A DNA stretch of 58,965 nt, filler included, from Catajapyx aquilonaris (Eukaryota), in the NCBI GenBank assembly GCA_000934665.2. It is 3 parts of 3 records of this genome, joined end to end, with 100 filler letters (N's around TTAATTAATTAA, not from the genome) between each part and the next. Parts side by side here need not be neighbours in the genome. Positions count along the whole stretch, not along the records: positions 19,676 to 39,352 come from JYFJ02006444.1; 2 more parts are not named here. The stretch is one strand, 5' to 3'. This document shows positions 24,501-36,317 of this stretch, piece by piece. How positions within the stretch are numbered: the first letter of the stretch is position 1; every line of letters starts with the position of its first letter. The notes below the pieces were generated by a model. It was not told where the DNA came from, did no database searches, and was given only the letters and a program-made list of their open reading frames with translations. The position numbers and the translations under genes were made by a program.

Positions 24501-27500
24501 ACTAAATCGACAAAAAAGTTTGATCACCCTATATATTTATAATGCTTCTCATAAATTGAACTCAAGTGTTAAAAGAGTTTGTCACTAATTAAAACACTTC
24601 TAATACATAACTGAGAAACTATGTAGCTCTGCACTAAGATCATGTAAGGCAGTGCTTCCCAAACTATGGGTCGCAACCCTATTTGGGAACACAAGGGAGG
24701 ATAACAAATTATTTTCACAAAAATGCTTCTATTTCATGCACGAAACGTCAACTAGATCAAAACCAGCATTCCCTATGATTTGTGAAGAGAGTGCAAACTT
24801 CAATTCGCTCTCCTGAAAAATTACACTTTTGTGGGTTATCACCTTTTTCTACCACGCCCCTCCATTGGACAGCGTTATGCAATAATGAGTCAACCCACAT
24901 GTTAACAGTTTTGAGAAAAAGGGCTTTGAAGGTAATACCTGTGAAATTAATTTAGTGTTCTTTTAGGTTATTTATGGCAGAAGTATGCAGATTTCACCAG
25001 CGTGATTTTAGCTGAATGAAGTAGGATCCTTTAGGTATATGTTCCTGGGCTTAGCTCAATTTTGACATTTTTGTGGGTTGACAAATTATTGCATAACACC
25101 GTCCATGCACACCATTTGTGAGTTAACTTGTTGGTCATTTGTGGCAGAAGTAGGCAGATTTCGCCACCTTGATTTAAACCAAATGAAGTGTACTATCCTT
25201 TGGGTTAAGGGGGCACTAGAGTCAAAATCAAGGGTTTTGTGAAAAATCACCAAAAAAAACCCATTAGAGACAAGAAGTTGGACTTTATTTTCATGAATGT
25301 ACATAAGTCAATGACCGATTAGCGCCTATAATCGAATCACGTTTGTGTGTCGAAGGGCCTCCAGGGCCGCGTGACGTCACGCCACTGTCGGCAGGATTTA
25401 TGGCGCTGGGGTCAACGTACAACCGTCAGATTGGACCTCAAGCTTCCTTGAGCATGTAGTTTTCGTTTGACCTAGAATTCTAATTTTTGAAATCGTTTTA
25501 GTATTTTTTTGACGATTTCAGAAAGATAACTACAAAATTAAGCAGTTTTGAGAAAACATTTAATTAAAGTTACAAATAGAAGTAGTTCGAGCAGGCTAAT
25601 TCTTTTAGGCTGAAAGATAGCGCCATGTTTGAGGATAAATCTGGTGAAGTGGGAAGTCCGTAGCTAAATTTTTGTGGCCTGGGCGATGTCGACACTGTCC
25701 AAATCCGGCAAACTGAGAAAAATGCGCTTCGAGTTAAAAATAGGGTAACAGAGCGATAATGCGATTTAAAAAATACGTTAGTGTGACACGCCAATTTTTT
25801 GAATTTCGGGATGCAGTTCGACGCGTTCGATGCAGGAAAAGATGCTTGATTTTTTTCAAAAATAATTAAAAAAAAAAAAAACGCTTTTTTGAAGGTCGAT
25901 TACTGTAGTGCCCCCTTAACTTTTCGGTCTTTTGTGGCAGAAGTAGGCAGATTTTGCCACCTTGATTTTAACCGAATGAAGTGTACTATCCTTTGGGTGG
26001 AAGTTCCTGGGCTTAACTCAATTTTGACATTTTTGTGGCTTGACCCATTATTGCATAACCGTACAATTATGCCCATAACGTAGGTTAAAGAACAATTCCA
26101 ATGCTCCACAATAGTTTTCAATGATTGTCATTGACAAACACTGTTTATCCGTCTTTTCATGTTGGAGTCGCGAATTTTATGAGACAATTTTCTGGGGTCG
26201 CCAATGAAAAAGATTGGGAAGCACTGATGTAAGTTATCAAATCCATTGTCTTTCACCAGGATGAAATTTACCTTGGTTTATCTTAACCCGTTGTCTCCCG
26301 CTCGATTCTGCACTGTTTGGGTGGTGCTTTAAAATGAGCGCCCTAGGTGAAAATCACTGGATCTGGCACCATTGGTTTCGGTCTCGATTCATGGACAAGA
26401 GGGGGCAGAACATTGCATACATACCAACCTACATTGTATATCAAGAGAGGTCATCAACCGCCTCATATACTATGCACAAGACGGTGACGTCATCCTATTG
26501 CGTCATCTAAGCGTGTTTTTTTAGGGGGCTTACACCACCCCTTCCCCCATATCCAACATAATTCCATATGATTGCCTAGTTTATCTGATGAATTATGAAC
26601 ACATTAAGTGTCCGTCTAAAAATTTTAATAGGTCCGGTTTAAACGGAGGTAATGTGATCCACCAGGTGCAAAAAAGGTTCAGGTTGCGAGCGGGCAATGC
26701 CCAGAGCTCCGAGCAGTCCGTCCGGCCAATTAGGAGTTAGGATACTTTTTACGACCAAAATGGCGCCGGGGGAGACTGCCTACCCTTCACAGATCGTTCT
26801 GATTTTTCCCCCGGCGAAAAGTAAATCGCAGGATTTCGGGCATTTTTAAAATGGTTTTCAGCTGCATGTCCACATACAGAGAAATAAGCGGCAGGGAGCT
26901 GTGTGTATTTAAATTCATGCAGTAAGTGTTTGTTTTAGTTTGTTTAAAATGAAAGGCCTATGACGTCGTGCCATTAAAAATATCACAGGAGTGGCGTAAA
27001 TTCTCATGAACATAGAAACTATGAACATTTCTTAAGGCTGTGGTGAGAGAAATTTCTGTCTGGGTGTGACCAGTGAATGTTAAACAAAAGTTTTGTTTGG
27101 TTGTATTATTTTATAATGGATACCCCGTGATAGGCCTCCTTGGGCCTGTAGGGGATCATCTTTTGTTTGACCGACTTTAATCATTGCCTGCGCTGTGACG
27201 GATTTTGATTGCGGGAGGAAACAGGAGAACCCCGAGAAAACCCACGCGAACACAGAGAGAACCCATTGAAACTCTATCCACAAGTATCCTCCGTCCGACC
27301 CGGGGATTGAACTCAGGACTTTAGAGGTGGAAGGCTGTGGCACTAACCACTCGGCCACTGTGTCGCCCTGTTTGGTTGTAAGGTGAGTCGGGGCAAGTGC
27401 CGAATCGGGGTAAGTGCGACTTTGGAAAAAAAATCATGCCATGGTATGGGAGCACTTTTCGCGACACCCCCATATGATTGTCCTGACCTCGGTCAACGTA

Positions 27501-30500
27501 GGGCAAAACATTTTTCAGCGTTACTGGCATTGTGTGGACGGAGGCGGAACTTGCGACCCTCACATCTCACATTCAGAAGAAGATCGACAAACTTCGGAAG
27601 ATATTTTCTGTAGGTGCACTTCAACATGCTGGGTGTTCTATTTTTACATAGTTATGAAGCATTTTCTATGACCTTTTCATAGATGTTGTGTAATTAACGA
27701 TAAGATTATGACGTCACCTTTAGTTGCCTAGGTCGCAGTTGCCCCATGACAATGTGACACTGGGGCAAGTGCGCCCTATAGGAAGACCGCAGAGGTGGAG
27801 CATTACTATTTGGACTGGATTTTTCAGGTTTAAATGTGTGCTAAACGTGTGAGTGCGGCGTTCTGTTTACTGAAGAATCACTTCTGAGACATACTAACTT
27901 ATTTTATTCACATGTCAACTCATACTATGTAACTTGGGGACTTTTTCTCCTCTTGGCATACTCATGTCTCATGCAGATTTTCATTGAAAGTTGATAATTT
28001 GACACTGGGAAAAGGTATTTTGATTCGGAAAAGAACTCTAGAAAGGTATACTCCTACCCTAGTAGCCACTTACCTCATTTCCCTCACCCGATGCTCTCCT
28101 TCAAAGATAAGGCCAGTAGTCGCACTTACCCCACATCGGGGCAAGTGCCAAATCCATGACACAGTTTCGGGAATAAACCATTTTCAGACAATTGCAAAAC
28201 CGTACCCTATTGATTCTGCGATCACTAAAAGAGAATTAGTTACTCTGCACGTGGTTGTAAGTTCAGCTTTTTTACAGCTTCCTGAGCGGCACAATCTTCA
28301 CCCAAAGTCAACCTATGTAAAACAGGCTCACGCTTGCCCCGACTCACCTTATTATAATACAACCAAATCGGGCCATGGGAGACAAAGGGTTAACTAATCT
28401 CTAAAGCTCGATGTTGTTCAGGTAATTTTAAAAACTATGAATTGATATTTTGGATATGATTTTTGCTTTACACCCTTGCCAACACCCCCTCTCCCCCCCC
28501 CCCATCACTTTTTGAGGATAAAGGAACTCCTAAAGCATATGCTGAAAATGGTCCCCTCCAGCATCCAAGCACTTTTGTTTACGTGTCTGCATATTGGTGT
28601 ATACAGGGTGAAGGGAAGCTCGCAGACAATCACCAGGTAGACAGATAGTACTCGTAAAACGAATATGGGGATGTGCAATTAGTTTTGTGCTCCGTTGCGT
28701 AGTTAATGCGTGCGGCCCCATCAAAGGTTCATGATGTCGCATCCGTTCCTCCCGCAGTCTATTCGAGAGCCTCCAGTCCCTTGCCTTGGTACCCTAACAC
28801 ATCGTCCATGTGCAAAAGGCGATCAAATCTCGTCAGAATAAGAATCCAGGTACGACACCCATGCACTTTGTTGTTATTGCCTCATATTCCACCATCTGGC
28901 CCTCTACACTTTAATGGTGCTGTACGCATTAACTACACAACACAGCCAAAATTTAATTGCACATCCCTATATTAATTTTGCGAGTAGGCTACTATAAGTT
29001 TACCTGGCGATTGTCCGCGAGTTTCCCTTCACCCTGTATACTGCAATTATGTGCTGATGTGACATCATAATGGCAGCAAACTCCCGCTGTATTGGGGCAA
29101 GAGGGTGTCAATTGTTCTGTGCTTAATCCTGTAAGTGCAGCCCTTCAGTATACCCCACAAGAAGAAATCAGGTGGCTTCAGGTCTGGTGATCTGAGCCCG
29201 GACCTTCGGTGACTGATTAATTTCGAAAAATCTGTGGTCGCCACGTTCACCAGACTTGACACAATCTGATTTTAGACTTTTTCTCTCCATCGAAAAAAAG
29301 TCTTATACAGGGTGATTCTCCCAAATGGAAACCCAAACGTTCCTCAATAACTTTTTAACTATGGTATGGTTCCTGATGAAAATTGACATGTACTTACCTT
29401 GTATCATGCCAAACAAGGTCTGACTAAAGAATATACCAAAAGTGGTCCCCTCCAGCATCCAATAATTTTTAAATCTGAGTCTGCATATTGCAGAAGACTC
29501 CTGCAGATTGACGGCAGGGATTGCATCAATCGACGCCCACCACTTGCCGCCGTAAGGCACATCATACCCCAAAACGAATTGGACTGTTCCCGTTGCCTTA
29601 CGATGTCCTCTCACCAAGCAGGCGGGCGGGCCGGAGATTGAGCCATGCCCGCCGCCAATCTGCAGGAGTCTTTGGCAATATGCAGACTCGCATTTAAAAA
29701 TTATTGAATGCTGGAGGGGACCACTTTTGGTATATATTTTAGTCAGACCTTGTTTGGCATGATACAAGGTAGGTACATGTCAATTTTCATCGGGAACCAT
29801 GCCATAGTTAAAAAGTTAGTGAGGAATGTTTGGGTTTCCATTCGGGAGAATCACCCTGTAGAATGGCTCTGTCCGTCCGTCTGTCCGTCTGTGGACAGGT
29901 ATCAGGGCCTCAACCGCAAAAGATAGTGACAAACTGTTTTCAACTTTTCATATTCGGATTAAGAGTGACCTAAATAGGTGTATGGTCAACTTCCAGTGAC
30001 CCACCACTTCCGGTTTTACAGATTCACACTATCTGCACAAGTCTGCTTCACGGGTGGTAACCGTTGCATTTTGAAATTCGTTTCCGTGGATTCCTGACCC
30101 AGTGTGTCAGGGATTTACCCAGGGTTCTCATGGCCAACTTCCAGTGACCCACAACTTCTGGTTTTCTGGGTTCACTCGATCCGCACAAGTCTACTTTACG
30201 GGCAGGTTATCGTTGGATTTCAAAATTAGTTGCCCTGGATTCCTGACCATGTGTGTCGCAGAATTAGCCAGGGTTTTACCTGGCACTCTGGCACGGGGAC
30301 TGTGCAATTAATTCCTGACGTTGGACATGTTTGCGATGTGCGTCGTGAGCCGCCATAAGAAAAAGTCTACTATAATCATGCTCACATGATTTGCCAATCT
30401 TGTTTTCTTGAGGGGTTTGTTGAAGGGCTGTGCATACAAAAATAAGCGTGGAACAATTGCTGCTCTCAAAGACATGATATTGCGGCTGCGGGAGATTGCT

Positions 30501-32254
30501 GCCATTGCCGATTTCATATTACATGTGTCTTCGCCAATATGCAGACTAGTATAGCAAACAAAAGTGCTTGGATGCTGGCAGGGACCATTTTCAGCATATG
30601 CTTTCGGCAGACCTTGTTTGGCTTCATACAAGGTAAGTACATGTCAATTTTCATTGAGAACCATACAATAATTAAAAAGTCATTGAGAAATGTTTGGGTT
30701 TCCATTAGAGAGAATCATGACCCTGTATGACCCTTAGAGTGGCACAAAAGAAGGCCCTCGCCTATTTTTAGGACTTTAGCAGTCGCGTTCTATGTCTGAC
30801 AGCTGTAGGTGGGCCACAAGAGGGGGGGGGGGGGGGGGNGGGGGGGGCTTTAGCCCCTCCGAAAATGTTTTTCTTCCGCCACCCCTGCTCCCACCTGCAA
30901 TGAGACATGGATATTCACTTATATATGCAAAAGTAGTTACCATAAGACAAAAGGTATCATTCCAAGGACTGGTTGTATGAACATAAGAGGTTAACTACAG
31001 AATTTATATTGCGAACAAGAGCTAACTCTGTAGTTAATAGTAGTCTGTAGTTAGTGCATTCCCACTAGTAGATCTCTCTGCATACATGGAAGTAGAGTTT
31101 GCATGAGCAACTGGAGTGAATAATAATCTGTCACTTTTTACACTGCCCTATTGTTGGACATGTCAACTTAGGCAGTGTATCATTCAGTATATGAATATGA
31201 TCTTAACTAACATAAAGTGAAAACCTTACAGACCTCAACCAGATTGCCCTAGTTTGGCACCATTGCCAGATGAGCCACCCAAGACCGTACCTCCACCAGC
31301 GCAGCTTGCAAACCGCGTAGACCTCTTGCAGCATCTGGCTTCAGGGGATCCTCTGCTATCAATTCACGTCATGGCAGCTATTGCATTGAGTGAACTCTCT
31401 GGATCATCCTACTTTAAGCCAAAAGCTGATGTAGCTGTGCAGACTGATGTCGTAGTACCTGAAGCAAGACGCGGATCAACTCGAAATAAGGTATACCTAA
31501 GCCTATTTCAGCAGTATTTGAAGTTGTGACACTACTTTTTCACTTTCAGGTTGTGAGTGCAGGACGTTGTGCAGGAGAAGTGACAGGAAGTGGGCGCCTC
31601 ACCAAGAGGAAGCGATCAACACAGACCCAGACTCGACTGGTGGGACGCAACAGGAGCCCCAAGATCTCAACGGAGACTCAGACTCAAATGCAGGTTCACC
31701 AAAAGCAACACCAACACCAAAAGCACCAGAAGGGAGCAGTAACTGTGCCAGCAATTCCACCCTCTCCACTTTCATTACCTCCACCTCCGCCGATTTTACC
31801 CTTGGCTGAATCCATATCTGTTCATCCATATCTCGTGTCCACTCAAGACTGTGGAAGCAGCCTGAATACCATTGACATGGAATCTCTGCCTGGATTTTTC
31901 TCAAGTGCCTCGGGAACCAATGAAGCAGAGGGAAAGGATACTCCATTGCCGTCCTCTTCACCATTCCAAATTGAATCTTTCCTTTCATTTGATCACATGC
32001 CTTCACTAGCCCAAATTGGATCCGAGACAAGGTTGTTCAGTGCTGAGACGCAGACCGAGTTTGACCTTCAAGAATTTGTGCTTGGTGACACTGCCGATGA
32101 TTTGTTTTCACAGCTGGACTTCTCAAATGCGCAGACACAGACGTATCTGGCTGGTGACGATCGGCCTGTCTTCTCACAATTTCAGGGTGAGATGGCAGAC
32201 ATGCAGACACAGACTAACCTTGCAGAATGGGATGATTTAATCGCCTTAACTTAG
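21587..32254 (+). CDS. ASCIZ: ASCIZ/ATMIN zinc-finger transcription factor; join(21587..21865,24118..24317,31232..31490,31550..32254), about 480 aa
   Basis: All introns GT-AG with consistent phases (0, 2, 0); total 1443 nt. Four fingers (CPVEGC..HLKLRH, CPVPSC..LKQHYLKVH, CSKC..HAQNC, CSC..HTRRTGH) followed by multiple LC8-type motifs (VAVQTD, STQTQT, TETQTQ, AETQTE, AQTQT, MQTQT). Confidence 0.93.
21972..22708. mobile_element. piggyBac-like non-autonomous element with nested insertions
   Basis: TTAA-CCCCTTCACCCCCAGATCTAGGCGATGAGATT ... AATCTCATCGCCTAGATTCTGGGGGTGAAGGGG-TTAA. Confidence 0.85.
22332..22593. mobile_element. Hairpin MITE (about 115-bp arms, CGAGGGTGATAGGTCAGAA termini), mariner-like
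   Basis: Near-perfect palindrome inserted at a TA; the empty site TTAGTTCATATGTTGGGTTAGC is present in the paralogous repeat at about 38456-38480. Confidence 0.85.
22846..23490. mobile_element. Non-autonomous DNA transposon with about 145-bp TIRs and 3-bp TSD (TCA), carrying a tRNA-like insert
   Basis: tca-CAAGGGAAGTGTCTGTAGGGCCATCGGCC ... GGCCGATGGCCCTACAGACACTTCCCTTG-tca. Confidence 0.85.
23224..23297 (-). pseudogene. tRNA-Met(CAT)-like sequence inside the MITE
   Basis: - strand GTCTTCGTGGCTCAGTCGGTAGCGCGTCCGCGTCATGATCCGAAGCCTCCGCGTTCAAGTCCGCGGGAAGCGAC has an A box, TCAT anticodon-loop context and a GTTCAAGTC B box; stems are imperfect. Confidence 0.6.
24650..26226. mobile_element. hAT (Charlie-like) non-autonomous element with internal tandem repeats
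   Basis: CAGTGCTTCCCAA ... TTGGGAAGCACTG; 8-bp TSD ATGTAAGG / ATGTAAGT; GTGGCAGAAGTAGGCAGATTT-type unit repeated at about 24975, 25141 and 25933. Confidence 0.8.
25209..25915. mobile_element. Kolobok-like non-autonomous element nested in the hAT element
   Basis: TTAA-GGGGGCACTA ... TAGTGCCCCC-TTAA. Confidence 0.7.
27106..27368 (-). mobile_element. tRNA-derived SINE, family B
   Basis: Reverse complement of the 40644 copy; TSD TGTTTGGTTGTA at 27094-27105 and 27369-27380. Confidence 0.9.
27381..28349. mobile_element. TA-flanked non-autonomous DNA transposon (AGGTGAGTCGGGGCAAG TIR)
   Basis: ta-AGGTGAGTCGGGGCAAG ... CTTGCCCCGACTCACCT-ta; repeated GGGG(C/T)AAGTGC subterminal motifs. Confidence 0.82.
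28604..29036. mobile_element. Tc1/mariner-like MITE
   Basis: ta-CAGGGTGAAGGGAAGCTCGCAGACAATC ... GATTGTCCGCGAGTTTCCCTTCACCCTG-ta. Confidence 0.85.
29065..29262 (-). mobile_element. Tc1/mariner transposase C-terminal remnant
   Basis: RSPDLKPPDFFLWGILKGCTYRIKHRTIDTL matches the (W)PPRSPDLTPxDFFLWGYLK..VY...PRTI motif. Confidence 0.8.
29308..29858. mobile_element. Foldback mariner-like MITE (about 205-bp arms)
   Basis: ta-CAGGGTGATTCTCCC...GGGAGAATCACCCTG-ta; the arms encode mirror ORFs 29303-29767(-) and 29399-29641(+). Related arm sequences at about 28530-28600 and 30530-30726. Confidence 0.9.
29861..30310 (+). mobile_element. Helentron-associated (HINE/DINE-1-like) element; second copy on - at about 51545-51735
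   Basis: CTGTCCGTCCGTCTGTCCGTCTGTGGACAGGTA microsatellite-like head, internal tandem CAACTTCCAGTG..CCAC..CTTC.GG repeats. Confidence 0.6.
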
Positions 32255-34771
32255 TACTGCAAGCCTTCCTGGAAGAAGAAGGCAGGCATGTCCTCATCAC
32301 TATAAGGTACATCACTAATAATGGATACCCTGTGATAGGCCTCCTTGGGCCTCTTAGGGGATCATCTTTTCATGAACCGTCTTTAATCATTGCCTGAGGT
32401 GTGATGGATTTTGATAGTGGAAGGAAACGGGAGTACCCCGAGAAAATACTGTGCTGCAAAATTTTGTGGCCAAGAGTAGGCTGTAAATATTAGACTGTTA
32501 AATATTTGCATAGGAATGTAAATAAATTAGGACCTGATTGATTTTTAGTGCCTCTTTAAGAGCCAATTTTGACTGTTTTCATGACAGGGCCTACCTATTT
32601 GATGGTTTTCAAGAACCTGAAAATCCGTTCTTTACTAATGATACGAATATGAACAATCAACTAATAGTAAGGTGAGGTTTACCCAGGGTTTACCCCACTA
32701 GCTGCAATTGACACCCTTGTGGTGGCTCCAGGACATCTCATCAAACAGGCATTCATTATTTGGATGTGCACTTGTCCATAGCCTATGGACTTGATGCTGC
32801 ATATATCATACCGTATTAGCTCACTTAAAGTGGCATGGCGGTGTAGTCGAGGTCTTTAGAAATGCATGATCTGGTGGCTATGCTGGCATGCCGGTCTATG
32901 CGATGTATGCCGGTATAAGGTGAGCAGCATTATCACGATCTCTGAAAATTATTATTACTCAAATGAATGCATTGCATCATGTTCTTCGGTGTGGATACAG
33001 CCCAGGGCACTTCTATTGCCTGACACATCCCATAAGATTGTTAAGTTCATTTCAATTAAAAGTGCAAGGCTGCGAGAAGGGAAGCATACCTACCAAGATA
33101 TTTCATGTGTTGGGTTTGGATTTATACGATATGTCAAAATAAGTTGTGAATACAACCATCATTGGCCTACCAGGGGGAGAGTTGTGGAGGTGAGTGAAGG
33201 TGATATTGAGCCACATTACGTGGATTGTCCCATTGCTTCCACTTCAAAATGTATCAGGAAGGTGCCCGTTCTGTAGCAAGTTACACATCAGGTGGAGTCC
33301 CCCTAACTCCTTTCCCCCCACCACCTCCTAGCCTCACTCCAAAAACCAGTAAGTCTGCAAATATTGGGAAATACTGCGATTGGAAGAAGATCCAGTAATG
33401 TGACAGAAGTAATCTGCTATAAACCATATGATGCATAAGTAATGTGTTGCTCAACCAAGTGCGGAAACTTGCTGTGGAGTTCTGTTTGGTGCAATTTACA
33501 AGTTATATGCCAGAGATGCAGCTCCGTAATGTGCGCACATTTTTGAACTGGCGCCTTGTAATATAGCTCATAGACTGCTAATGTTTGTGTAGCCTGTAGT
33601 GCCAAGGTACTTTTTCGTTTTTTTTTCTTCGAAATTTTTGACATTTTGTGCATGTGATAACATTACTGGTGTCCCATCTGCTCAGGGTTCATGTGCAATT
33701 ATCTTTTTCATATGCTGCATTTTGAACCAACAGATGCTATGCTAGATTTTCAAGAGGTGCTAATCTTCGAAATTTAGGCTTCGAGATGCTATTGCTGTAA
33801 TGGTGTTTTAGTGACAAAAAGGAGACTCGTGTGATCTTGGGGTACACGTATGCCCCATGAAGATACACAGACTGTATTTCCTCTTGGTGTGCCAAACGAA
33901 GGCCCTAACAATGGTCTCATGGAATGTGGACATGTTGTGAGCCTGTGATCATCCCATTCTGTTAAAACATGGCCTCAGTATAACTTGATATTGCCAGGAA
34001 GACTATTTTGAATGATAACCTCACTTCAGTGTAATGCCACAAGCCTTTGAAGATGTATGATATAATCAAGTCAACTCATGGCTGTCCTGCATTGAATTGT
34101 TGTATGTGTATTACAACTGCATGTTCTTGTTTTTGTGATGAAACATCCCCAGTGTTTGAGTTAATAAACAGTATTCTCTCTTTGGTAACTAATTAGCTTG
34201 AGTTTAATAATTACGAATGAGGCAACTTTGCACCCAGCACATTCCCCCATTATTCTACTCCTGATGCATGTCATCAAGCTGATGACGTGCGTCAGGAGTA
34301 GAATAAATCAGACAGTGTATAGCATTCTACCCATTGCAAGAGGTAATACCTCAAGGTATCACAACTTCCAATATTTTTCCTGATGCTCAGGCCACTTAAA
34401 GGGGCCAAAATTATACAAATAAGGATCAATTACGAAAGGTGATCATAACTTCCTAAATCGTATTGGAAAATGTTGGAAGTAGGCGAAAAATGAAGAAGTG
34501 GCCTTATTATACTCATGGCCATGTCACCATCTGGTAATTCAATAATTTCACTAGAGATCCAACATAATTAGGATATTTCGTATGGAAAGTGAACTTTCTG
34601 GCCCTTTTCACCCCGATCAGCTGGATGAAATCGGGATTCAAACATTTAAAAACCATGAAATGAATATTTTTAATATACAACCAAGGGTACCTACAAGATT
34701 GGTCTCAAAAATACATCTTGAGGTAAACATTTAGCGCAATGCCTTTGATAATGGCACTCGGGAGCCACATG

Positions 34772-35956
34772 TTAAATCTTCTGAATTTTTGCTCTCATGA
34801 CCACAGGGTTCTCCTTGCTGATCTCCTTGGCACCCATCTCGTGATAATCAAAACTGCAATCGTGGCGGTCGGAATAACGGTGCAAGCCGCAGAATATCTT
34901 CTCACACCGGCACATAATTGCTGCAACACCAATAAACATTGCCTCCAGTCAATATTGAACCATAAGGAAGGTCGTATGGGAGTATAAAATCAACTGCAGG
35001 CCACAACTTACCCGTCAACCCTACCCTTTTGCCACACTCAGCGCAACGGTTCTTCTTTTTCCTAGCCTTCTCTCGCAGGTTGTGCTTAGGAGTAGCTGCA
35101 TTGATGACATCTTCTATGGCAGCATCCTTACCATTAGGGGTGTCTGCATTGATGGTTGGCTCCTCAACAGCTTCTATTAGGTTGTCTGTGGCAGCATCCT
35201 TACCATTAGGGGTGTCTGCATTGATGGTTGTCTCCTCAACAACTTCTATTAGGTTGTCTGTGGCAGCATCCTTACTATTAGGGGTGTCTGCATTGATGGT
35301 TGTCTCCTCAACAACTTCGATTAGGTTGTCTGTGGCAGCATCCTTACCATTAGGGGTGTCTGCATTGATGCTGGGTTGCTCAACAGCTTCTGTTAGGTTG
35401 TCTGTGGCAGCATCCTTACCATTAGGGGTGTCTGCATTGATGGTTGGCTCCTCAACAGCTTCTATTAGGTTGTCTGTGTCAGCATCCTTACCATTAGGGG
35501 TGTCTGCAATGATTTGGATTGCAGCTAATATCCGCTCTTTGGCTGCACTCACGTTTTCTATGGCGGAATCGCCAGCATCCTTATCATCAGCCTCCTGTGC
35601 AAAAGGTAATATTTTAGCTGGCAAATGGGTAAAATGAAACATTTACGCTTCTGATTCTCAATTGCTAAAATGACTTTCAAGGGAGAAAGTGAATGAGGAA
35701 CTATATCATATCCAGGTTTTGTACCTGAGAATTCTGCAGCAGCACTATGGCTGAGCTACAAGGGTTTCAGAGTGACCCAACTTTTACGATAAGAATAAAT
35801 GCGAAACGGCCTTGCTATCCATTATACCTAAAAACAGCCATTTTGCAGGTCTAATTATTGCTATTACCATCAAATTGCCCACACTACCTGCTGCTTGCTT
35901 CTCTTAGCAGAGGGTGCATCGTCATACAAAGTATATGCAGCTTCTCGTTTGCCCAT
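34772..35956 (-). CDS. AN1-type zinc finger protein (ZFAND5/6-like) without A20 domain; join(35956..35888,35594..35012,34920..34772), about 266 aa
   Basis: Spliced C-terminus [65 protein letters not shown] is the AN1 finger plus ZFAND5/6 tail; GT-AG introns, phases 0 and 1, total 801 nt. The first coding exon (MGKREAAYTLYDDAPSAKRSKQQ) is inferred. Confidence 0.88.
35090..35512 (-). repeat. Coding tandem repeat, 72-bp unit, 5 full copies plus a partial (INADTPNGKDAATDNLIEAVEEPT)
   Basis: TACCATTAGGGGTGTCTGCA-type unit recurs at 35129, 35201, 35273, 35345, 35417 and 35489. Confidence 0.95.
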
Positions 35957-36317
35957 GGGGAAGAGTTATGTCTTTCAGGAAACTTGAACCAGATGATGAA
36001 TTACTGGACCCTATATCTAGGGCCTGTGGACTTCAAATCTGCAAGAATGATGCAGGGTGTGAAAATGTCATCATCTAGAGAAAATATCAATATTATGAAC
36101 TGAAAGACAATATATTATTTGTCTGAGAAAATAAAATACGGTGGTCTAAGGCATGTGAAGAGAATAAGAGGTCTAGCAGTTGCACTAAGCAAAAAACTAA
36201 AGGATAAAACTAGTCACTGTAGCTGGAGAAGGCGTTACAAAAATGCAACATGTGTCCCATTTACTGTATAGTAACTGCAAAGACGGGAATATTGCATTGT
36301 ATAATGATGCCTGAATT

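Larger units (their letters stand above)
26287..28389. mobile_element. piggyBac-like non-autonomous element with nested SINE and DNA transposon
   Basis: TTAA-CCCGTTGTCTCCC ... GGGAGACAAAGGG-TTAA. Confidence 0.75.

Noticed and set aside
29303..29926. Duplicate ORFs starting MYHAKQGLTK on opposite strands
   Set aside because: Artefact of the foldback MITE's inverted arms.
35090..35512. Regularly spaced repeats resembling a CRISPR array
   Set aside because: Contiguous 72-bp in-frame coding units with no unique spacers, in a eukaryotic gene.
35029..35637. 202-aa hydrophobic repeat ORF on the + strand
   Set aside because: Antisense shadow of the AN1-gene repeat exon; the same applies to the many + strand ORFs over Ncoa6 exons.
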